Positions 10,621 through 21,574 of a DNA stretch of 47,165 nt are shown one piece after another. The stretch is from positions 1-47,165 of the forward strand of contig CALVSK010000003.1 of assembly GCA_944359015.1 (NCBI GenBank). Direction: 5' to 3'. Source of the stretch: an uncultured Bacilli bacterium (lineage in GTDB: Bacteria; Bacillota_I; Bacilli_A; RF39; UBA660). Each line of letters begins with the position of its first letter. Position 1 is the stretch's first letter. The translations under genes were made by a program, and so were the position numbers. The notes under the pieces were generated by a model that saw nothing but the letters and a program-made list of their open reading frames with translations, did no database searches and had not been told where the DNA came from.

Positions 10621-11252
10621 TAATATCTCAACTTCTTTCTTGCTTCTTTATAATTAGGATATGCTTCTTTTACTAACGTCCAAAAGTTTTTACTGTGATT
10701 AGGTTCAAAAAAATGACATAACTCATGAACAATAACATAATCAAGCAATGTTATATCTTTTTTTAATAGCTCTGAATTAAGAGTTATAGTTTTCTTATGA
10801 GGATTACAAACACCCCATCTAGTACGCATTTTTCGAAATTTTAAAGTAAAGTCCGGCAATGAAGCAAAACACTTTTTGGCAATTTCTACTTCTTCAGTAA
10901 ATATTTTAAGTAAATTTTTATTATAAAAACTATTTAATGCATCTATCGAAGGCGTATATACATATTTATCATCAAAAGTAATTTCACTTACATCTTTTAT
11001 AACAATATAATATTTTTTACCTAAATACCAAAATTTATCATTATCTTTAACTTTATCTTCCATTTTTTCATACATTTTTAATATACTCGTTTCATTTTCT
11101 TCAATTAATTTCAAGATACTATTTTTACTTAAATAAATCGGAGCATTAACATATAATTTTAAATCTTCTTTAACTCGAAAATATACATTTTTATTATTTT
11201 TTCTATTTATTATTACTTCAATCTTTAAACCATTACTTGTTTCGTATATCAT
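10620..11252 (-). CDS. YgjP/DUF45 zinc metallopeptidase-like protein
   Basis: [18 protein letters not shown] (HExxH), NHSKNFW. Confidence 0.88.
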   Translation of the reverse strand: MIYETSNGLKIEVIINRKNNKNVYFRVKEDLKLYVNAPIYLSKNSILKLIEENETSILKMYEKMEDKVKDNDKFWYLGKKYYIVIKDVSEITFDDKYVYTPSIDALNSFYNKNLLKIFTEEVEIAKKCFASLPDFTLKFRKMRTRWGVCNPHKKTITLNSELLKKDITLLDYVIVHELCHFFEPNHSKNFWTLVKEAYPNYKEARKKLRY

Positions 11253-11622
11253 TTTTCATCAAATCCCTTATTTCTTCTAAAACAACTAATTCATTACTTT
11301 TAGTTTTTACTTCTTCGCTCTTCTTTTTTTCTTTTTTACTAGTAAATCTATTTACAAATTTTACTACAACAAATAAGCAAAATGCTACTATTAAAAAATC
11401 AATAACACTTTGAATAAAAGCCCCATACATAATTTTAGTATCTTTAAAAGTTATTGATAAATTTGAAAAATCTATTCCTCCAAGAATTAATCCTATAATT
11501 GGAGTAAAAATATTATTAACTAAACTTGTTACAATAGATGAAAAAGCTCCACCAACAATTACCCCAACTGCTAAATCTAAAACATTTCCTCTAGCAATAA
11601 ATTTTTTAAATTCTTTAAGCAT
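11233..11622 (-). CDS. mscL: Large-conductance mechanosensitive channel
   Basis: [24 protein letters not shown]...LEEIRDL. Confidence 0.97.
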   Translation of the reverse strand: MLKEFKKFIARGNVLDLAVGVIVGGAFSSIVTSLVNNIFTPIIGLILGGIDFSNLSITFKDTKIMYGAFIQSVIDFLIVAFCLFVVVKFVNRFTSKKEKKKSEEVKTKSNELVVLEEIRDLMKNDIRNK

Positions 11623-11793
11623 AAAACCACATCCTTAGTACTTAAATTTTAACATAATTTTCTTGCAAATAATAGTATTAATCTTATTATATTTTTTACC
11701 TTTAATTCTAAAAAGATTTATAATAGCAAATTACTAATTCAATATTTTGTCATATTATGTTATAATAAAAAAAATAGAAAGGAAGTAAAATAA

Positions 11794-13611
11794 ATGAACG
11801 AAGAAAATAATCAAAACAACCAATTTAATAATATTGGTATTGGTATGGAGCCACAACCATTGGGAGATTTAACAAATGAAACTAGTAATTTGAATAATGA
11901 GACTCCCAAAAAAGAAAAAAAGAAAGGAAAATTAAAACTAATAATTCTTATAATAGCTAGTGCAATAATCGCATTAAGTGCAGGATATTTTGCATATACT
12001 ACATTATTTAATACACCATATAATACGTATAAAAATGCAATTAGCATGGTATTTGATAATTTAAATAATGCAATTAAAGAAAGTGAAGATGTAATAGATT
12101 ATGATTTAAATGAAGACATATTAAAAAATAGCGGAACATTAAAATTGACAAGCAATGTCGATGAATTAAACGATTTAACAAAGTATTCATACAATTATGA
12201 AACAATGCTTGATATAAAAAATGAAAAATTAAAATTAGGATTAGACATAATCAACGGGAATGAAAATTTAGTCCAATTTTTAATATATGCAATTAAAAAT
12301 AAAGGATATATTAAAGCAGATGAAATATTTGATAAAATTATTGAATTTGAAAGTGGTATGGATTTTAACATTGAAGAAGATACAGTTATAGAAGATGAAG
12401 ATGTAACATTCTTACTAAATAAATTAAAAGAATATATTATTAATTCATTAGATGAAAAAAAAATAACTAAAGAAAAAGAAACAATCAATATAAACAATAA
12501 AGAAATAAGTGTTATAAATAATAAATATATTATCGATGAAGAAGAATACAATAAAATAATTGATAATATTTTAAATTCTATACTAAATGATAATGAGTTT
12601 TTAGACAAACTTGAAAAAATCTTTAATGCACCAAAAGATGATATTAAAGAAGCTTTAAAATCTTTACTAGACACTACCAAAACATTAGATAGCTCGATTA
12701 CTTTTAATATTTATACTACAACAATTACTAATAGAATCATTGGAGTATATATAACACTAGAAGGATTAAACATAAAATACACAGATTATAAAGATATAAT
12801 AAATATAATCTTAACTGATGATGATGAAAGTGAAAATATAACAATCAAAAATGAAAATAATAAATGGGATATATCATTTACTAGTAATGGTAATAAATTA
12901 TTAGAAGCAGATATAACTACAAAAGATAAAGAAACAACAATAAATTTTAATATTAATGAGGTAGATGGAAATATAGTATTTAAAGAATTAGAATCTAATA
13001 AAACAAAATATTCATTTAGTTTAAAAGCAGATTTAACTGATTCTTACTCAAATTTTGGAATAGAATTAACAAATAATACTGAAGTTGTTTCTAAATTTGA
13101 TGATATTGATACATCTAATAGCATAAAAGAGGATGATTTAACTGATGAAGATTTAGAAACTATATTAAATAATATTGATGAAAAACTAAAAGATACACCA
13201 TTATATACAGTTTTTGAAATTTTTTTGTTAAATTCATCTTCAAATAAAATAGTTGATTTTTCAAATAAAAAAGTCATGCTAACAACAGCTGATACAGTAA
13301 TAGATGCTGCAAAATCATATTACACTATTAATGATACAACCTATGGAAACATGCTACCAAAAAATGAAGGGGAAACAGCATGTGTTACTATTGATGATTT
13401 ATATTATGATAATTACCTAGATATTGATTCATTTGATTATTCAGGAAAAGTTGTAGTTCAAAAACTTAATAATGAATATATATATTATTTATATTTATTA
13501 AAAGACTATAAATACATGATTAATGGTAAAACCGGAGAATTAACATCCAATGACATTGAAGAATATAACTATTATGAAGCAAGTGATATATATTATTGCA
13601 ATAATTATTAA
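11794..13611 (+). CDS. Large single-pass membrane protein with C-terminal pilin-head-like domain
   Basis: One TM after KKEKKKGK; acidic extracellular region; C-terminal TADTVIDAAKSYY...CVTIDDL...YL; AAGGA RBS; TGTTATAAT promoter. Confidence 0.75.
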   Translation: MNEENNQNNQFNNIGIGMEPQPLGDLTNETSNLNNETPKKEKKKGKLKLIILIIASAIIALSAGYFAYTTLFNTPYNTYKNAISMVFDNLNNAIKESEDVIDYDLNEDILKNSGTLKLTSNVDELNDLTKYSYNYETMLDIKNEKLKLGLDIINGNENLVQFLIYAIKNKGYIKADEIFDKIIEFESGMDFNIEEDTVIEDEDVTFLLNKLKEYIINSLDEKKITKEKETININNKEISVINNKYIIDEEEYNKIIDNILNSILNDNEFLDKLEKIFNAPKDDIKEALKSLLDTTKTLDSSITFNIYTTTITNRIIGVYITLEGLNIKYTDYKDIINIILTDDDESENITIKNENNKWDISFTSNGNKLLEADITTKDKETTINFNINEVDGNIVFKELESNKTKYSFSLKADLTDSYSNFGIELTNNTEVVSKFDDIDTSNSIKEDDLTDEDLETILNNIDEKLKDTPLYTVFEIFLLNSSSNKIVDFSNKKVMLTTADTVIDAAKSYYTINDTTYGNMLPKNEGETACVTIDDLYYDNYLDIDSFDYSGKVVVQKLNNEYIYYLYLLKDYKYMINGKTGELTSNDIEEYNYYEASDIYYCNNY

Positions 13612-13614
13612 ACC

Positions 13615-13648
13615 AAAAGCAGTATGCAAAAACACATACTGCTTTTTT
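13615..13648 (+). terminator. Rho-independent terminator
   Basis: AAAAGCAGTATG-N8-CATACTGCTTTT followed by T run. Confidence 0.85.
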
Positions 13649-13905
13649 AATTGTAATTTCAACCGCACCATTTAATACAATTTAGTCATTTGATAACAGT
13701 GCTTTCTTTAAATATTTTTCAGGATTATTAGCATTTTCTTCACCTTTAATAGAGTATAATTAAATTTATATAAATGCCAAATATTGAAAATATTTTTTCA
13801 ATACTTTTATTTTAATTATTATTTGTATAATTAATTTGTATTTTTAAGTGCTACATAATATTAACTTATCAAAAATATTATCACATTTTTCCATATTTGT
13901 AATTT

Positions 13906-13941
13906 AAAAAAATTAAGCAAGATGCATTTCATCTTGCTTAA
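13906..13941 (-). terminator. Rho-independent terminator of clpB
   Basis: TTAAGCAAGATG-N5-CATCTTGCTTAA perfect 12-bp stem with U-tract on the minus strand. Confidence 0.85.
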
Positions 13942-13944
13942 ATC

Positions 13945-16056
13945 TTATTTATATTTAATAGCAAATTCCTCATTATTATTTATATCAACTATCAAAGTTG
14001 AACCAACCTTTATATCATTTGCAATAATTTCATGTGAAATTAAAGTTTCAATATTTTTAGTAATATATCTTCTTATTGGTCTAGCTCCATATCTTTCATC
14101 ATAAGCTTCATTTATAATCTTTTCTTTTGCTTCCTTAGTTACTTCAATATGTAAATAATTTTGACTAAGTCTTTCATTTAATTCTTTAACTATTTTATCT
14201 ACTATATCTCCAACAACATTTTTCTTTAAAGAATTAAACACTATAATTTCATCAATACGATTAATAAATTCAGGTCTAAAAGTATTTTTAAGTTCATTTA
14301 ATACAAGTTCATTTGCATTATCTTTATTATCTAAAATATACTCACTACCTAAATTACTAGTCATAATAATTATTGTATTTTTAAAATCCACTGTTCTTCC
14401 TTGAGAATCTGTTAACCTTCCATCATCAAGTATTTGAAGTAAAATATTAAAGACATCTTTATGAGCTTTTTCTATTTCATCAAATAAAACAATACTATAT
14501 GGATTTCTTCTTACTGCCTCAGTTAATTCTCCACCTTCATCATAACCAACATATCCTGGAGGAGCTCCGATTAAACGAGATACATTAAAACTTTCCATAT
14601 ATTCAGAACAATCAATTCTAACCATATGTTTTTCATCATCAAATAATTCATAAGCTAAAGATTTAGCTACCTCAGTTTTACCTACACCAGTAGGTCCTAA
14701 AAAAATAAATGAACCAATTGGTTTAGTTGGATCTTTAATTCCACTTCTTGCTCTAATAATAGCTTCACTGACAAGTTTTAAAGCATTATCTTGCCCCATA
14801 ACTCTTTCCTTTAATCTATCAAATAAATGAAGTAATTTATCTTTTTCACTACTTACTAATTTAGCAACTGGAATATGAGTCCAACGAGAAATTATTTCTG
14901 CAATACCTTCTTCTGAAACTATATCAGATAATATACTATTTTTATTATTATCTTGTAAATCCTTTAATTCATGTTCTAGTGCAGGTATAGTTCCATGACG
15001 TAATTTAGCACTAAGTTCTAAGTCGTAATTGGCCTCAGCATTACTTAAATCAAATTTAGCTTTTTCAATTTCTTCTTTTTTCTTATTTATAGCATCCTTT
15101 ACTTCTTTTTCACTATTCCATTTATCTCTTAAAACGTTTTCTTTATCCTTTAATTCTTTTAATTCTTCATCTATTTTTATTAATCTATTTTTAGATATTT
15201 CATCTTTTTCTTTTTTTAATGCTTGACGTTCTATTTCTAAACTCATTATTTTTCTAGTCAAAGTATCAAGTTCTACTGGAACTGAATCAAGCTGCATCTT
15301 TATAGTAGCACATGCTTCATCCACTAAATCTATTGCTTTATCAGGTAAATATCTATCAGTAATATATCTATCAGACAAAGTAGCAGCAGCAACCAAAGCA
15401 CTATCTTTAATTGTTACACCGTGAAAAATTTCAAATCTTTCTTTTAAACCACGAAGTATTGTAATTGTATCTTCTACATTTGGCTCACTTACTAAAACTT
15501 TTTGAAACCTTCTTTCCAAAGCCCCGTCTTTTTCAATATATTTACGATACTCATTTAAAGTTGTAGCACCAATAACATGAATTTCACCTCGAGCAAGCAT
15601 CGGTTTTAACATATTAGATACATCCATAGCATTAGATTCACCAGCACCAACAATCATGTGAATTTCATCAATAAACATAATAATGTTTCCATCACTATCT
15701 TTTATTTCTTTTAAAACTGCTTTTAATCTTTCTTCAAATTCACCACGATATTTAGCACCAGCAACTAAGGCTCCTAAATCAAGTTCCCAAATAGTATGAT
15801 TTTTTAAACTATTAGGAACATCTCCTTTAATTATTCTTTGGGCAAGACCTTCAACTATTGCTGTTTTACCAACACCAGCCTCACCTATTAAAACTGGATT
15901 ATTCTTACTTTTACGAGATAATATTCTAATAACATTTCTAATTTCTTCATCACGCCCAATTACAGGGTCAACTTTATTATCAGCAACATTTTTAGTTATA
16001 TCTCTTCCATATTTATTTAAAACATCTTTTAATTCTTCTTCATTACCTGGATACAT
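13945..16056 (-). CDS. clpB: ClpB disaggregase lacking the N-terminal Clp-repeat domain (703 aa)
   Basis: [19 protein letters not shown], long coiled-coil M domain, [22 protein letters not shown]; ATG 16056 after AGGAGG. Confidence 0.93.
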   Translation of the reverse strand: MYPGNEEELKDVLNKYGRDITKNVADNKVDPVIGRDEEIRNVIRILSRKSKNNPVLIGEAGVGKTAIVEGLAQRIIKGDVPNSLKNHTIWELDLGALVAGAKYRGEFEERLKAVLKEIKDSDGNIIMFIDEIHMIVGAGESNAMDVSNMLKPMLARGEIHVIGATTLNEYRKYIEKDGALERRFQKVLVSEPNVEDTITILRGLKERFEIFHGVTIKDSALVAAATLSDRYITDRYLPDKAIDLVDEACATIKMQLDSVPVELDTLTRKIMSLEIERQALKKEKDEISKNRLIKIDEELKELKDKENVLRDKWNSEKEVKDAINKKKEEIEKAKFDLSNAEANYDLELSAKLRHGTIPALEHELKDLQDNNKNSILSDIVSEEGIAEIISRWTHIPVAKLVSSEKDKLLHLFDRLKERVMGQDNALKLVSEAIIRARSGIKDPTKPIGSFIFLGPTGVGKTEVAKSLAYELFDDEKHMVRIDCSEYMESFNVSRLIGAPPGYVGYDEGGELTEAVRRNPYSIVLFDEIEKAHKDVFNILLQILDDGRLTDSQGRTVDFKNTIIIMTSNLGSEYILDNKDNANELVLNELKNTFRPEFINRIDEIIVFNSLKKNVVGDIVDKIVKELNERLSQNYLHIEVTKEAKEKIINEAYDERYGARPIRRYITKNIETLISHEIIANDIKVGSTLIVDINNNEEFAIKYK

Positions 16057-16095
16057 CCGAATCCCTCCTTTTACACTGCAATAATAACACAAAAA

Positions 16096-16122
16096 TTAGC
16101 ACTCGTCAATCGCAAGTGCTAA
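16096..16122. promoter_or_regulatory. CIRCE (HrcA operator) overlapping the clpB sigma-A -35 box
   Basis: TTAGCACTC-N9-AAGTGCTAA (one mismatch to consensus); minus-strand TTGACG-17 nt-TATTAT promoter embedded. Confidence 0.92.
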
Positions 16123-16164
16123 TTTATTTTATTGTTTGACATTATTTTACATTAATTTTTTTAC

Positions 16165-16890
16165 TTACAGAATACTTTTTAAAAAATTTTTACTATTTAA
16201 ATAAAGACCGGTATATCTATCATAATACATATCTAAAAACTTATTAATTATTATTTTTACATTATCATCTACTTTTATTGCAGTAATACTTTTTATATTA
16301 ACATAGTAATACATTCTTAGCATTTTAATCACTTTTTTATCAACTATTACTTCATTAGTTAAACAATTTAAACATATGTATCCACCTTTATCAGCATCAA
16401 TAGTAACAATGCCTTGTTTACTACCACATAATACACATTCATCTAAATTAAACATAACCCCTAATTGCTCTAAATACTTTATTTCTAAAATATTAGTTAT
16501 CACCAATGGGTCCAATCCATTTTCTATTTTTAAAATCGCTTCAATAAAATAATCATACATTAAATTATTATTACTTTGTTTAATAACTTGTTCCGTTAAT
16601 TCTGTTAGATAACTTATATAACTAATTAAAGTTATATCACTTCTTATATTTTTTAATGGATTAATTATATCAGCACTAACCAAATTTGAGAGTTTACCTT
16701 GTTTTAAAAAAATATTAAACTTTGCATAAGTAAAGCGAAGGGTTGCAACTCTATTTTTTGATTTTAAACTTTTAGCTCCCTTACACATAATTCCAATTAC
16801 TCCATATTCTTTAGTAAAAACATTTATTATTTTACTTGTTTCACCATATGAAGTTTCACTTAAAATAAAACCCTCAACTTCACTTAACAC
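16165..16890 (-). CDS. recO: DNA repair protein RecO
   Basis: YGETSKII.VFT.EYG...KGA; CxxC...CxxC zinc finger; downstream of era. Confidence 0.95.
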   Translation of the reverse strand: MLSEVEGFILSETSYGETSKIINVFTKEYGVIGIMCKGAKSLKSKNRVATLRFTYAKFNIFLKQGKLSNLVSADIINPLKNIRSDITLISYISYLTELTEQVIKQSNNNLMYDYFIEAILKIENGLDPLVITNILEIKYLEQLGVMFNLDECVLCGSKQGIVTIDADKGGYICLNCLTNEVIVDKKVIKMLRMYYYVNIKSITAIKVDDNVKIIINKFLDMYYDRYTGLYLNSKNFLKSIL

Positions 16891-16892
16891 TT

Positions 16893-16982
16893 TTAACCCT
16901 TCTTTATAGATTTTTTATATTCTAAATAATCTTCAACCTTTCCACTTTGTTGAAATTTTTTCCACAATTCATCTTTTTTCAT
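16893..16982 (-). CDS. yqzL: YqzL-family small protein (29 aa, MKKDELWKKFQQSGKVEDYLEYKKSIKKG); not in ORF track
   Basis: W..F...G.V..YL.YK motif, GGAAGGTG RBS, conserved era-yqzL-recO position. Confidence 0.85.
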   Translation of the reverse strand: MKKDELWKKFQQSGKVEDYLEYKKSIKKG

Positions 16983-17028
16983 ATATTATTCACCTTCCTA
17001 ATTATATATTGGGTGAATTTATATTTTT

Positions 17029-17922
17029 TTATTCATTATCTACAAAACCTAATTCAATTAAATATTTTTCTTTTTCTTTCCAATTCTTAATTGTTTTTAC
17101 AAATAATTCTAAATATACTTTCTTTCCTACCAATTCTTCTATTTCCATTCTTGCCAAAGTACCAACTTGTTTTAATCTACTTCCGTTTGCTCCGATAATA
17201 ATTTTTTTAATTGATTCTCTATCTATTATTATATCTACACTAATATTTACTATATCTTTTTTTTCTTCATAATTAATTGTATAACAAGTTATACTATGAG
17301 GAATTTCATCTTCCGTTACATGTAATAATTTTTCTCTTACAATTTCACTTACCATAAATTTTAAACTACTACTAGTATAATAATCTTCTGGAAAATATTG
17401 TACTTCATCTTTTAAATATTTTTTTATAACATCAATTAAATGTTTTATATTATCATTTTTTAATCCTGAAGTAGGTACTACTTCTACAAAAGGATAAATA
17501 TCTTTATATTCATCGATAGTTTTTAATAATTTTGCTGTACTTATTTCATCAATTTTATTTAACACTAATATTACTGGCACATTACTTCCTTTTAATGTAT
17601 CTAAAATATACATATCTCCTTTACCAATACCAGCATAAGCATCAACAACAAATAATATTAAATCGACATCTTTAGTTAAAGAATAAGCCTGTTTATTTAA
17701 CACCTTACCTAATTTATTAATAGGTTTATGAATACCTGGAGTATCAACAAATACTATTTGATAACCAGGTTCATTATATATACCTTGAATAATATTTCTT
17801 GTTGTACCAGATACATCACTTGTTATTGCTACTTTCTTATTTATAATTGTATTAATTAATGTGCTTTTTCCAACATTAGGACGCCCTATTATACTAACAA
17901 ATCCACTTTTCAAGGATATCAC
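17029..17922 (-). CDS. era: GTPase Era
   Basis: KSGFVSIIGRPNVGKSTL, DTPG, NKID, KH domain IIIGANG. Confidence 0.97.
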   Translation of the reverse strand: MISLKSGFVSIIGRPNVGKSTLINTIINKKVAITSDVSGTTRNIIQGIYNEPGYQIVFVDTPGIHKPINKLGKVLNKQAYSLTKDVDLILFVVDAYAGIGKGDMYILDTLKGSNVPVILVLNKIDEISTAKLLKTIDEYKDIYPFVEVVPTSGLKNDNIKHLIDVIKKYLKDEVQYFPEDYYTSSSLKFMVSEIVREKLLHVTEDEIPHSITCYTINYEEKKDIVNISVDIIIDRESIKKIIIGANGSRLKQVGTLARMEIEELVGKKVYLELFVKTIKNWKEKEKYLIELGFVDNE

Positions 17923-17929
17923 CTCCTCA

Positions 17930-18325
17930 TTAAAATAGGTCTATAACATAAGGAATAAATATTGCTAAACAGATTGCAGTTGCAATCAAACTACTTACAA
18001 AAGCTGCTGCTGAGCCACAATCCTTAGCAATTTTTGCCAAAGGATTAAACTCTTTTGTAACCATATCCACAACTGCTTCTACAGCAGTGTTTAGCAGTTC
18101 TACCGCTAATACTATTACCAATGCAATTACTATTACTGCCCATTCATAAAAATTAATTTTAAAAATTAAACCCAATATCACCGCTAAAATAGTTGCTCCG
18201 GCATGAGTCCATAAACTTTGTTCATTTTTATATGCATAAGCCAATCCTTCAATCGAATATTTAACACTATTAAAAAATCTTTTTAAATTCATCTTTTTAT
18301 GTGCGCTTTGTTTCTTTAAATTCAT
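17930..18325 (-). CDS. dgkA: Diacylglycerol/undecaprenol kinase
   Basis: ELLNTAVEAVVD...AKIAKD.GSAA, three TMs. Confidence 0.93.
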   Translation of the reverse strand: MNLKKQSAHKKMNLKRFFNSVKYSIEGLAYAYKNEQSLWTHAGATILAVILGLIFKINFYEWAVIVIALVIVLAVELLNTAVEAVVDMVTKEFNPLAKIAKDCGSAAAFVSSLIATAICLAIFIPYVIDLF

Positions 18326-18746
18326 TTAATACCAACTCCTGCTTCTCAAACATTTCTTTTTCTTCTTGTATTCCTAAAGTATGATCATAACCTAACAAAT
18401 GCAATAAACCATGAACAACTAAAAATGCCAATTCTCTTTTTTCACTATGTCCATAATCTTTAGCTTGTTCTTGCATCTTTGGTATAGATATAAATATTTG
18501 TCCAAGCTGCCTAATATTATAGCAAATTTTATCATTATCTTCAAATGCAAACGATAACACATCTGTTGTTCGATTAATATTTCTATATTTTTTATTTAAG
18601 GTTTGCATAAAATCATCATCTATAAATATTATTGTAAATATTGCCTTTTTAACTTTTTCCATTTTTAATGTTCTTTTTATTATTTTATCTAAATAACTAT
18701 AATCAAAATCACAACCATATTCATCTACTATCTCATATTTATTCAT
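18297..18746 (-). CDS. ybeY: rRNA maturation RNase YbeY
   Basis: TDVLSF, HGLLHLLGYDH. Confidence 0.96.
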   Translation of the reverse strand: MNKYEIVDEYGCDFDYSYLDKIIKRTLKMEKVKKAIFTIIFIDDDFMQTLNKKYRNINRTTDVLSFAFEDNDKICYNIRQLGQIFISIPKMQEQAKDYGHSEKRELAFLVVHGLLHLLGYDHTLGIQEEKEMFEKQELVLNEFKETKRT

Positions 18747-18747
18747 T

Positions 18748-19365
18748 TTATAAATTTATTACTCCCATTACACTTAATAAATAAAACAACATTATTATTA
18801 TAATTAACAAACTTATTGTATTATATATACCATCTTTTTGAAATATTTTCGGCAAATGTTTTTGAATAGCACTTAAACCTATATATAGTAAAAATCCAAT
18901 AATTCCCCCAGTAACATTTAGTATTATATCATCAACATCGAAACTTCTTCCTATATTTAGTTGAACAAATTCTACTGTTGCACTAACTAATAATGATATA
19001 ATAAACGGTGGCAATACACTTTTAGGTTTAATATAAAATGATATGATTAAACCAAATAATACAAAAGCCATAATATTTCCTACAACATTAAATATAAATA
19101 ATCTACTACCCACATCATACCTAAATATTTCTTGAAATGGTATAATGTTAAAACCACTACTAGAATTCATTTCAACTTTAGTTAATAATTGAAATAATAA
19201 GAAAATATAACATATTGACAATAGCATAAAAAACTCTTTATAAAAACTTAATCTTTCACGATGAGCTCTTAAATAGAAAAAACGAACTAAAACCATTGTT
19301 ATTATAAATATTATTAATATTGGCCAATTATCACTAAGTATAGACTTTATAGTATTTAAAAACAT
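18748..19365 (-). CDS. VanZ-family membrane protein
   Basis: NIIPF..I, GNI.AF..FG, EF.Q...GRSFDVDDIILN..G. Confidence 0.88.
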   Translation of the reverse strand: MFLNTIKSILSDNWPILIIFIITMVLVRFFYLRAHRERLSFYKEFFMLLSICYIFLLFQLLTKVEMNSSSGFNIIPFQEIFRYDVGSRLFIFNVVGNIMAFVLFGLIISFYIKPKSVLPPFIISLLVSATVEFVQLNIGRSFDVDDIILNVTGGIIGFLLYIGLSAIQKHLPKIFQKDGIYNTISLLIIIIMLFYLLSVMGVINL

Positions 19366-19367
19366 TA

Positions 19368-20525
19368 TTATTCATTCCCTTCTTCATTCTTTTCTATCGT
19401 AACTTCTTGAGTTGTACTGATTAACTCTTTAACTATTATAAACACCTCTATATCCATTTTACTATCATTTACTGTTTTTTTCAAAACTTTTTTATCAATT
19501 ATTTCATCAAATTCTCCAAGTTTTATATTAATACTTTCAATTGCCTTTTCTACTCCTACATTTATTGCTTCTTCTTCACTATATTCTTTAACTATTTTTT
19601 TAGTTTCTTCTTCTTTTTCTATATATAAATTAAAATCAAAAATTTTAAATATATTTATTAAACTACTATCATAACTACTAAATCTTTCTTTTAAAACTCT
19701 TTTTTTATTTCCATCAACTTCCCACACTAAATTATATTTAGTTTTTCCTGTTTTCTCATATTCATAATAATAAAAAGGAATAGAAATATTTGCAGTATAC
19801 CAAACAGTTGCATAAACTTTCCCTGATGCACAAGTATATCTTTTATCTTCTTCATTATATTTTATTGTACCTCTAACTAATACATCTCCTTCATTTACAT
19901 AATCATTTAAATTAACTAAAAGTTCCCCTTCATTAACTAAAATGTCATTAATAACACCAGATTTAGTTGCAATCAAATCACATACTTTATCTTCTTTTTC
20001 AATATTTGTAATAATTCTTTCTTCAACTTTAACATTTATAACCATTCCTTTAACTTCAAACTCCATCCAATCTAATTTATCAGGATATTTATCTAAAATC
20101 TTTTGTCTAATTTTATCTAACTCACTATATTTTTTCTTAAAACTTAATACTTTTATACCATAATTTTCTAATTCTTCTTTTATGATTTCTCTTATTTCTT
20201 TATTTTCATGAACAATATTAATTTTTACAATAACATTACTAAGAAAATAAAAAAATATTAAACCAACCATTAAACATAACACATATATTTTTTTAATTTT
20301 AAGGAAATTAATAATACTATTTATTCCTAAATCCTTATTTTTTTTAAACTTATAACTAACTATATATTTTTTTAATTTTTCAAAATCATCATTTTCTAAT
20401 TTCAAATATATTTTTTTGTTTTCATATTTTATATCATAAATATTAATATTTACGTATTTTATTTTTTCAATAAATTTATAATAATTATCACACTTAGCTT
20501 CAACCCAAATTTGTTTTCTATTCAT
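19368..20525 (-). CDS. yqfD: Sporulation protein YqfD
   Basis: TM plus DLIATKSGVI...G...V..GDVLV.G...A.G.VYA.VWY; follows yqfC. Confidence 0.85.
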   Translation of the reverse strand: MNRKQIWVEAKCDNYYKFIEKIKYVNINIYDIKYENKKIYLKLENDDFEKLKKYIVSYKFKKNKDLGINSIINFLKIKKIYVLCLMVGLIFFYFLSNVIVKINIVHENKEIREIIKEELENYGIKVLSFKKKYSELDKIRQKILDKYPDKLDWMEFEVKGMVINVKVEERIITNIEKEDKVCDLIATKSGVINDILVNEGELLVNLNDYVNEGDVLVRGTIKYNEEDKRYTCASGKVYATVWYTANISIPFYYYEYEKTGKTKYNLVWEVDGNKKRVLKERFSSYDSSLINIFKIFDFNLYIEKEEETKKIVKEYSEEEAINVGVEKAIESINIKLGEFDEIIDKKVLKKTVNDSKMDIEVFIIVKELISTTQEVTIEKNEEGNE

Positions 20526-20763
20526 AATTAAACCCTACTTTTACCAAAGTTCCTTTAATCAACAACTCATTTTTTAACATTTTAGTTATAATTAAATCAC
20601 TGCCAGTTATTTCAAGTTTAAAAGAAGGCAACTTTAACACTATTTTTTTATTAGTCAAAACTTCTAATTCAGTGTAATTAAACACATATATATAATTATC
20701 ATAAATGCTGATAAAATAATTTTTATCATATAAAAAATTAATTAGATTTTCTTTTATATGCAT
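20518..20763 (-). CDS. yqfC: YabP/YqfC-family sporulation protein
   Basis: NY..L...I......L.I.G..L.I......L.I.G pattern; synteny with yqfD. Confidence 0.8.
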   Translation of the reverse strand: MHIKENLINFLYDKNYFISIYDNYIYVFNYTELEVLTNKKIVLKLPSFKLEITGSDLIITKMLKNELLIKGTLVKVGFNYE

Positions 20764-20778
20764 TTTATCACCTTATAA

Positions 20779-20786
20779 ATTATATG
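20779..20786 (-). promoter_or_regulatory. Sigma-E/K-like -10 element (CATATAAT) upstream of yqfC
   Basis: Matches CATAnnnT; yqfCD is sigma-E controlled in B. subtilis. Confidence 0.45.
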
Positions 20787-20810
20787 CTTTTTAATTAAAT
20801 AAATTTTAAA

Positions 20811-20839
20811 TAAAAAATTCTGGCTTTCAAACCAGAATT
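20811..20839 (-). terminator. Terminator after rpsU-yqeY
   Basis: AATTCTGG-N8-CCAGAATT stem with minus-strand U-tract. Confidence 0.7.
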
Positions 20840-21284
20840 ATAAGTTACTTAATTTTTCTTTAACAATCTTACTAACTAAAGACATATCAGCATTTTTTCC
20901 AACTAATGCCTCATTTACCTTTTTCATTACAATGCCCATTTCTTTAATAGAAGTAGCATTAACTTCTAAAACTATATTAGAAACTAACTCTTCTATTTCT
21001 TCAGGTTTCATTTCTTCAGGTAAATAACTAGATAATATATCAATTTCTTTTTCTAAATCTTTAGCCATATCATCTTTTTGATATTTTTTATATTCTTCTA
21101 AAGAATCTTTTCTTAATTTTACTTGTTTTTTTATAACACTAGATACTTCATTATCATCTAATTCATGCTTTTTAGCAATTTGTTCTAATTGTAAAGCACT
21201 CTTTAACATTCTTAATACTGATAATTTAAATGCATCTTTTTCTTTCATTGCACTTTTTAAATCATCATTTATTTTTGTAATCAT
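20838..21284 (-). CDS. yqeY: GatB/YqeY domain protein
   Basis: DLKSAMKEKD..KLSVLR.LKS, E..IL..YLP, MG.VMK. Confidence 0.92.
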   Translation of the reverse strand: MITKINDDLKSAMKEKDAFKLSVLRMLKSALQLEQIAKKHELDDNEVSSVIKKQVKLRKDSLEEYKKYQKDDMAKDLEKEIDILSSYLPEEMKPEEIEELVSNIVLEVNATSIKEMGIVMKKVNEALVGKNADMSLVSKIVKEKLSNL

Positions 21285-21290
21285 AATATA

Positions 21291-21476
21291 TTAGCCTCTA
21301 TTTCTTTTATGAGAATTTTTTATTCCTTCTTTAATTTCATTTCTTCTTCTAACACCAGGTTTTTCATAGTGTTTTCTTTTTTTTATTTCAGAAGGGACTC
21401 CACTACGTGCTACTTTTGCTTTGAATTTTTTTAATGCTAAATCAACATTTCCGTTTTGAACCACTACCTTTGTCAT
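21291..21476 (-). CDS. rpsU: 30S ribosomal protein S21
   Basis: ALKKFK...KRKHYEKPG; ATG 21476 after GGAGG. Confidence 0.93.
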   Translation of the reverse strand: MTKVVVQNGNVDLALKKFKAKVARSGVPSEIKKRKHYEKPGVRRRNEIKEGIKNSHKRNRG

Positions 21477-21510
21477 ATTCAGCCCTCCCTTCCGTTTTTT
21501 TCTAAAATAT

Positions 21511-21539
21511 ATTATAACATTACCAATTATGCTTTTCAA
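21511..21539 (-). promoter_or_regulatory. Sigma-A promoter of rpsU
   Basis: TTGAAA-17 nt-TATAAT with extended TG. Confidence 0.75.
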
Positions 21540-21574
21540 CTCTTTTTTTCTTTTAAATTAAGCAACATTTTTAT

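Noticed and set aside
13650-13905. Possible pseudogene or sRNA between two terminators (minus-strand fragment LYSIKGEENANNPEKYLKKALLSND*IVLNGAVEITIK)
   Set aside because: Several stops, no convincing start or family motif, and extreme AT content; cannot be supported without a homology search.
18748-19365. vanZ as glycopeptide-resistance cluster
   Set aside because: Lone VanZ-family gene in a housekeeping operon with no vanHAX or vanRS.
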